Translations under genes and position numbers: made by a program
Origin: a virus
Lineage: Duplodnaviria > Caudoviricetes
Reading direction: 5' to 3' (one strand)
Length of the DNA: 58,830 nt
IMG/VR virus record: IMGVR_UViG_3300021344_000002
Span: 1 to 58,830 of that record
Notes under the pieces: model-generated
What the model was told of the DNA's origin: nothing
Database searches by the model: none
Seen by the model: only the letters and a program-made list of their open reading frames with translations
Shown: positions 57,367-58,830 of the stretch, in pieces
Layout: every line of letters begins with the position of its first letter
Position numbering within the stretch: the first letter of the stretch is position 1

Positions 57367-57679
57367 ATGTCGAGGATGCCAAAGATTTATCAGGAATTTG
57401 GCGGCCCATTGCGCTGGCAAGACGACGTAACCGGCGTGCTACCAGCGGCAGTGCGCGCATACATCAATGAGGGGCCAGGACGGACAGCGTGCATGCCGTG
57501 GCAGGTGGAGCTGCTCCGGGACTTATATGGAGTACTACATCAATGCCCCATGTTGGCTCACAGAGGGCATGGAGCAAGAATTCGATGATCTGAGAACGCG
57601 CATCAAAACACTCAAGACTGCCGAAGAGATTGCGATATGGCTCAAGGATGCTTTTGAGGTTGGTCTTGATCCGCTGTGA
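57367..57679 (+). pseudogene. Hypothetical gene split by a 1-nt frameshift at ~57518-57520
   Basis: ..VELLR in one frame continues as TYMEYYINAPCW..GLDPL in another; removing one G of CGGG fuses them. Confidence 0.55.
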
Positions 57680-57853
57680 GTGAGGGAATGAGTATGGATG
57701 ATCCTACAGTATTGGCCCTAGTGATCACTGCCCTATTCTGGGTGCTGATCATTGTCGCGCGGGTGATCTGGGCGCTCGTTGCCTGGGTGGGATACGCGAC
57801 AAGCCGCCCGGCTGTCGTTGAAATTGAAGTTGCAGAGTAGCGAGGAGATCACT

Positions 57854-58102
57854 ATGGACAAAGAAACCATTGAGCGCATCATCAGGAGTTGCGGCTACAG
57901 ACCTCAATCTCAATACAAAAAGCTGTATAGCCATCGTGCAGTGGTGGGTACGACCCACCACTTTATCTACATTGTGCGCGGGACTACTGCGCGTAGTCTC
58001 GGCCAGATCGAGACGATATCAGCGATGAGTGAGGAGCAGTTGCGTGATCACATTGCGCACGCAGCGTCAACGTTTGCGCAACTACCTGCGCAGAAGAAAT
58101 GA
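57854..58102 (+). CDS. Hypothetical protein
   Basis: SD GAGGAG. Confidence 0.55.
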   Translation: MDKETIERIIRSCGYRPQSQYKKLYSHRAVVGTTHHFIYIVRGTTARSLGQIETISAMSEEQLRDHIAHAASTFAQLPAQKK

Positions 58103-58110
58103 GGAGTGAC

Positions 58111-58554
58111 ATGGCGGACAACATCTTTTTCAAATCAGCAGACCACAAACGACGCTTTATTACAATGATGGGCCAGATAGGGAAGATCTATGACGGGAAT
58201 CTTGATCCTGAGTACTCGGCGGCTTTGTATATCTTGACCGCCGACACGGGAACATGGAAGAAAGTAAGCGGCTACGTTGATCGTGATGGCATCGAAATCG
58301 ATACTATCCTTGAGGAGGTGGATCTCAGTAGCGGACACGCTGTTCTTGTCAGGTTGGCGGGTAATCTCTTCAATAACCAGCAGCATCTTGATCCACTGGA
58401 GTTCCTGCGATTAGATGAGGACAATTTTCAGGTAGCGCTGGCTGCACTCAAATTGAGGCGCTATAGCATGCAGATGGGCAACTTCAGTAAATCTTATGTT
58501 GATGAGAAAGCAGCACGAGAGCAATTTGAAGCGGAGAATCGGGAACATGACTAA
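58111..58554 (+). CDS. DUF6075-like protein
   Basis: FKSADHKRRF, EY.AALYIL, LSSG..LVRLAGNLFN, LD..NF..AL.ALKLR. Confidence 0.6.
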   Translation: MADNIFFKSADHKRRFITMMGQIGKIYDGNLDPEYSAALYILTADTGTWKKVSGYVDRDGIEIDTILEEVDLSSGHAVLVRLAGNLFNNQQHLDPLEFLRLDEDNFQVALAALKLRRYSMQMGNFSKSYVDEKAAREQFEAENREHD

Positions 58555-58795
58555 CCCGGACAATCTCAACATCATCGCCCTGGCCGCGGAGGCTCAACGG
58601 CTCGGCTATGACACACCTGGCAAAGTCATCGCCGGTCTGGAGTACAACATTCGGCGTAATATTGACTATCTCAACAAGCCGAATCGCCGTGGGAAATCGC
58701 TGAAGTTCCACGAGGAAGTCGAGGAGCGCAATAAGATTCTCGCTATGGCTATTGTGCTCATTGAAAGTTTAGATGATGGCAGGGACAGCCGTTAG
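58547..58795 (+). CDS. Hypothetical protein; 3' end lies in the terminal repeat and precedes the globin gene on the circle
   Basis: Stop lies in the repeat; operon continues to 117. Confidence 0.6.
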   Translation: MTNPDNLNIIALAAEAQRLGYDTPGKVIAGLEYNIRRNIDYLNKPNRRGKSLKFHEEVEERNKILAMAIVLIESLDDGRDSR

Positions 58796-58822
58796 AAGCG
58801 GAGAGAGATTCTATGTTTTTCC
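58697..58822. repeat. Terminal direct repeat, right copy
   Basis: Identical to 1-126; the last 8 nt (TATAAGCG) diverge. Confidence 0.95.
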
Positions 58823-58830
58823 TATAAGCG

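Overview
This looks like a complete, circular temperate tailed-phage genome: positions 1-126 recur at 58697-58822. The morphogenesis module is siphovirus-type: terminase, portal, protease/scaffold, capsid, neck, tail tube, frameshifting tail chaperone, short tape measure, tail-tip and spike proteins, amidase and holin-like genes. Several small-gene families suggest a Ktedonobacteria-like (filamentous Chloroflexota) host; this is inference, not a database result. There is no classical arm-binding integrase. Instead there is a XerD/ResD-like recombinase beside a perfect 13-6-13 site, a Rep with internal iterons, and a Streptomyces-style TraB/FtsK plus membrane-protein transfer module, which together suggest a phage-plasmid that may also spread by conjugation. 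Unusual cargo and structure: (1) a wHTH-globin fusion; (2) a portal with an embedded 2H phosphoesterase and a MuF-like tail, next to an Acb2/Tad1-like hairpin protein; (3) two tRNA-like RNAs flanking the terminase genes; (4) a Com-like zinc finger followed by TAGGC repeats overlapping a terminator just before the capsid gene; (5) a tail hub gene split mid-domain by two inserted genes; (6) a 15-bp start-associated motif in 7 copies, with a structured RNA whose loop is complementary to it; (7) a cluster of promoter-hairpin sRNA-like units; (8) an intact IS110 with a bridge-RNA-like leader; (9) a 543-bp TG...CA element with a 5-bp target duplication interrupting a gene. All family calls are by eye from motifs; no searches were run.
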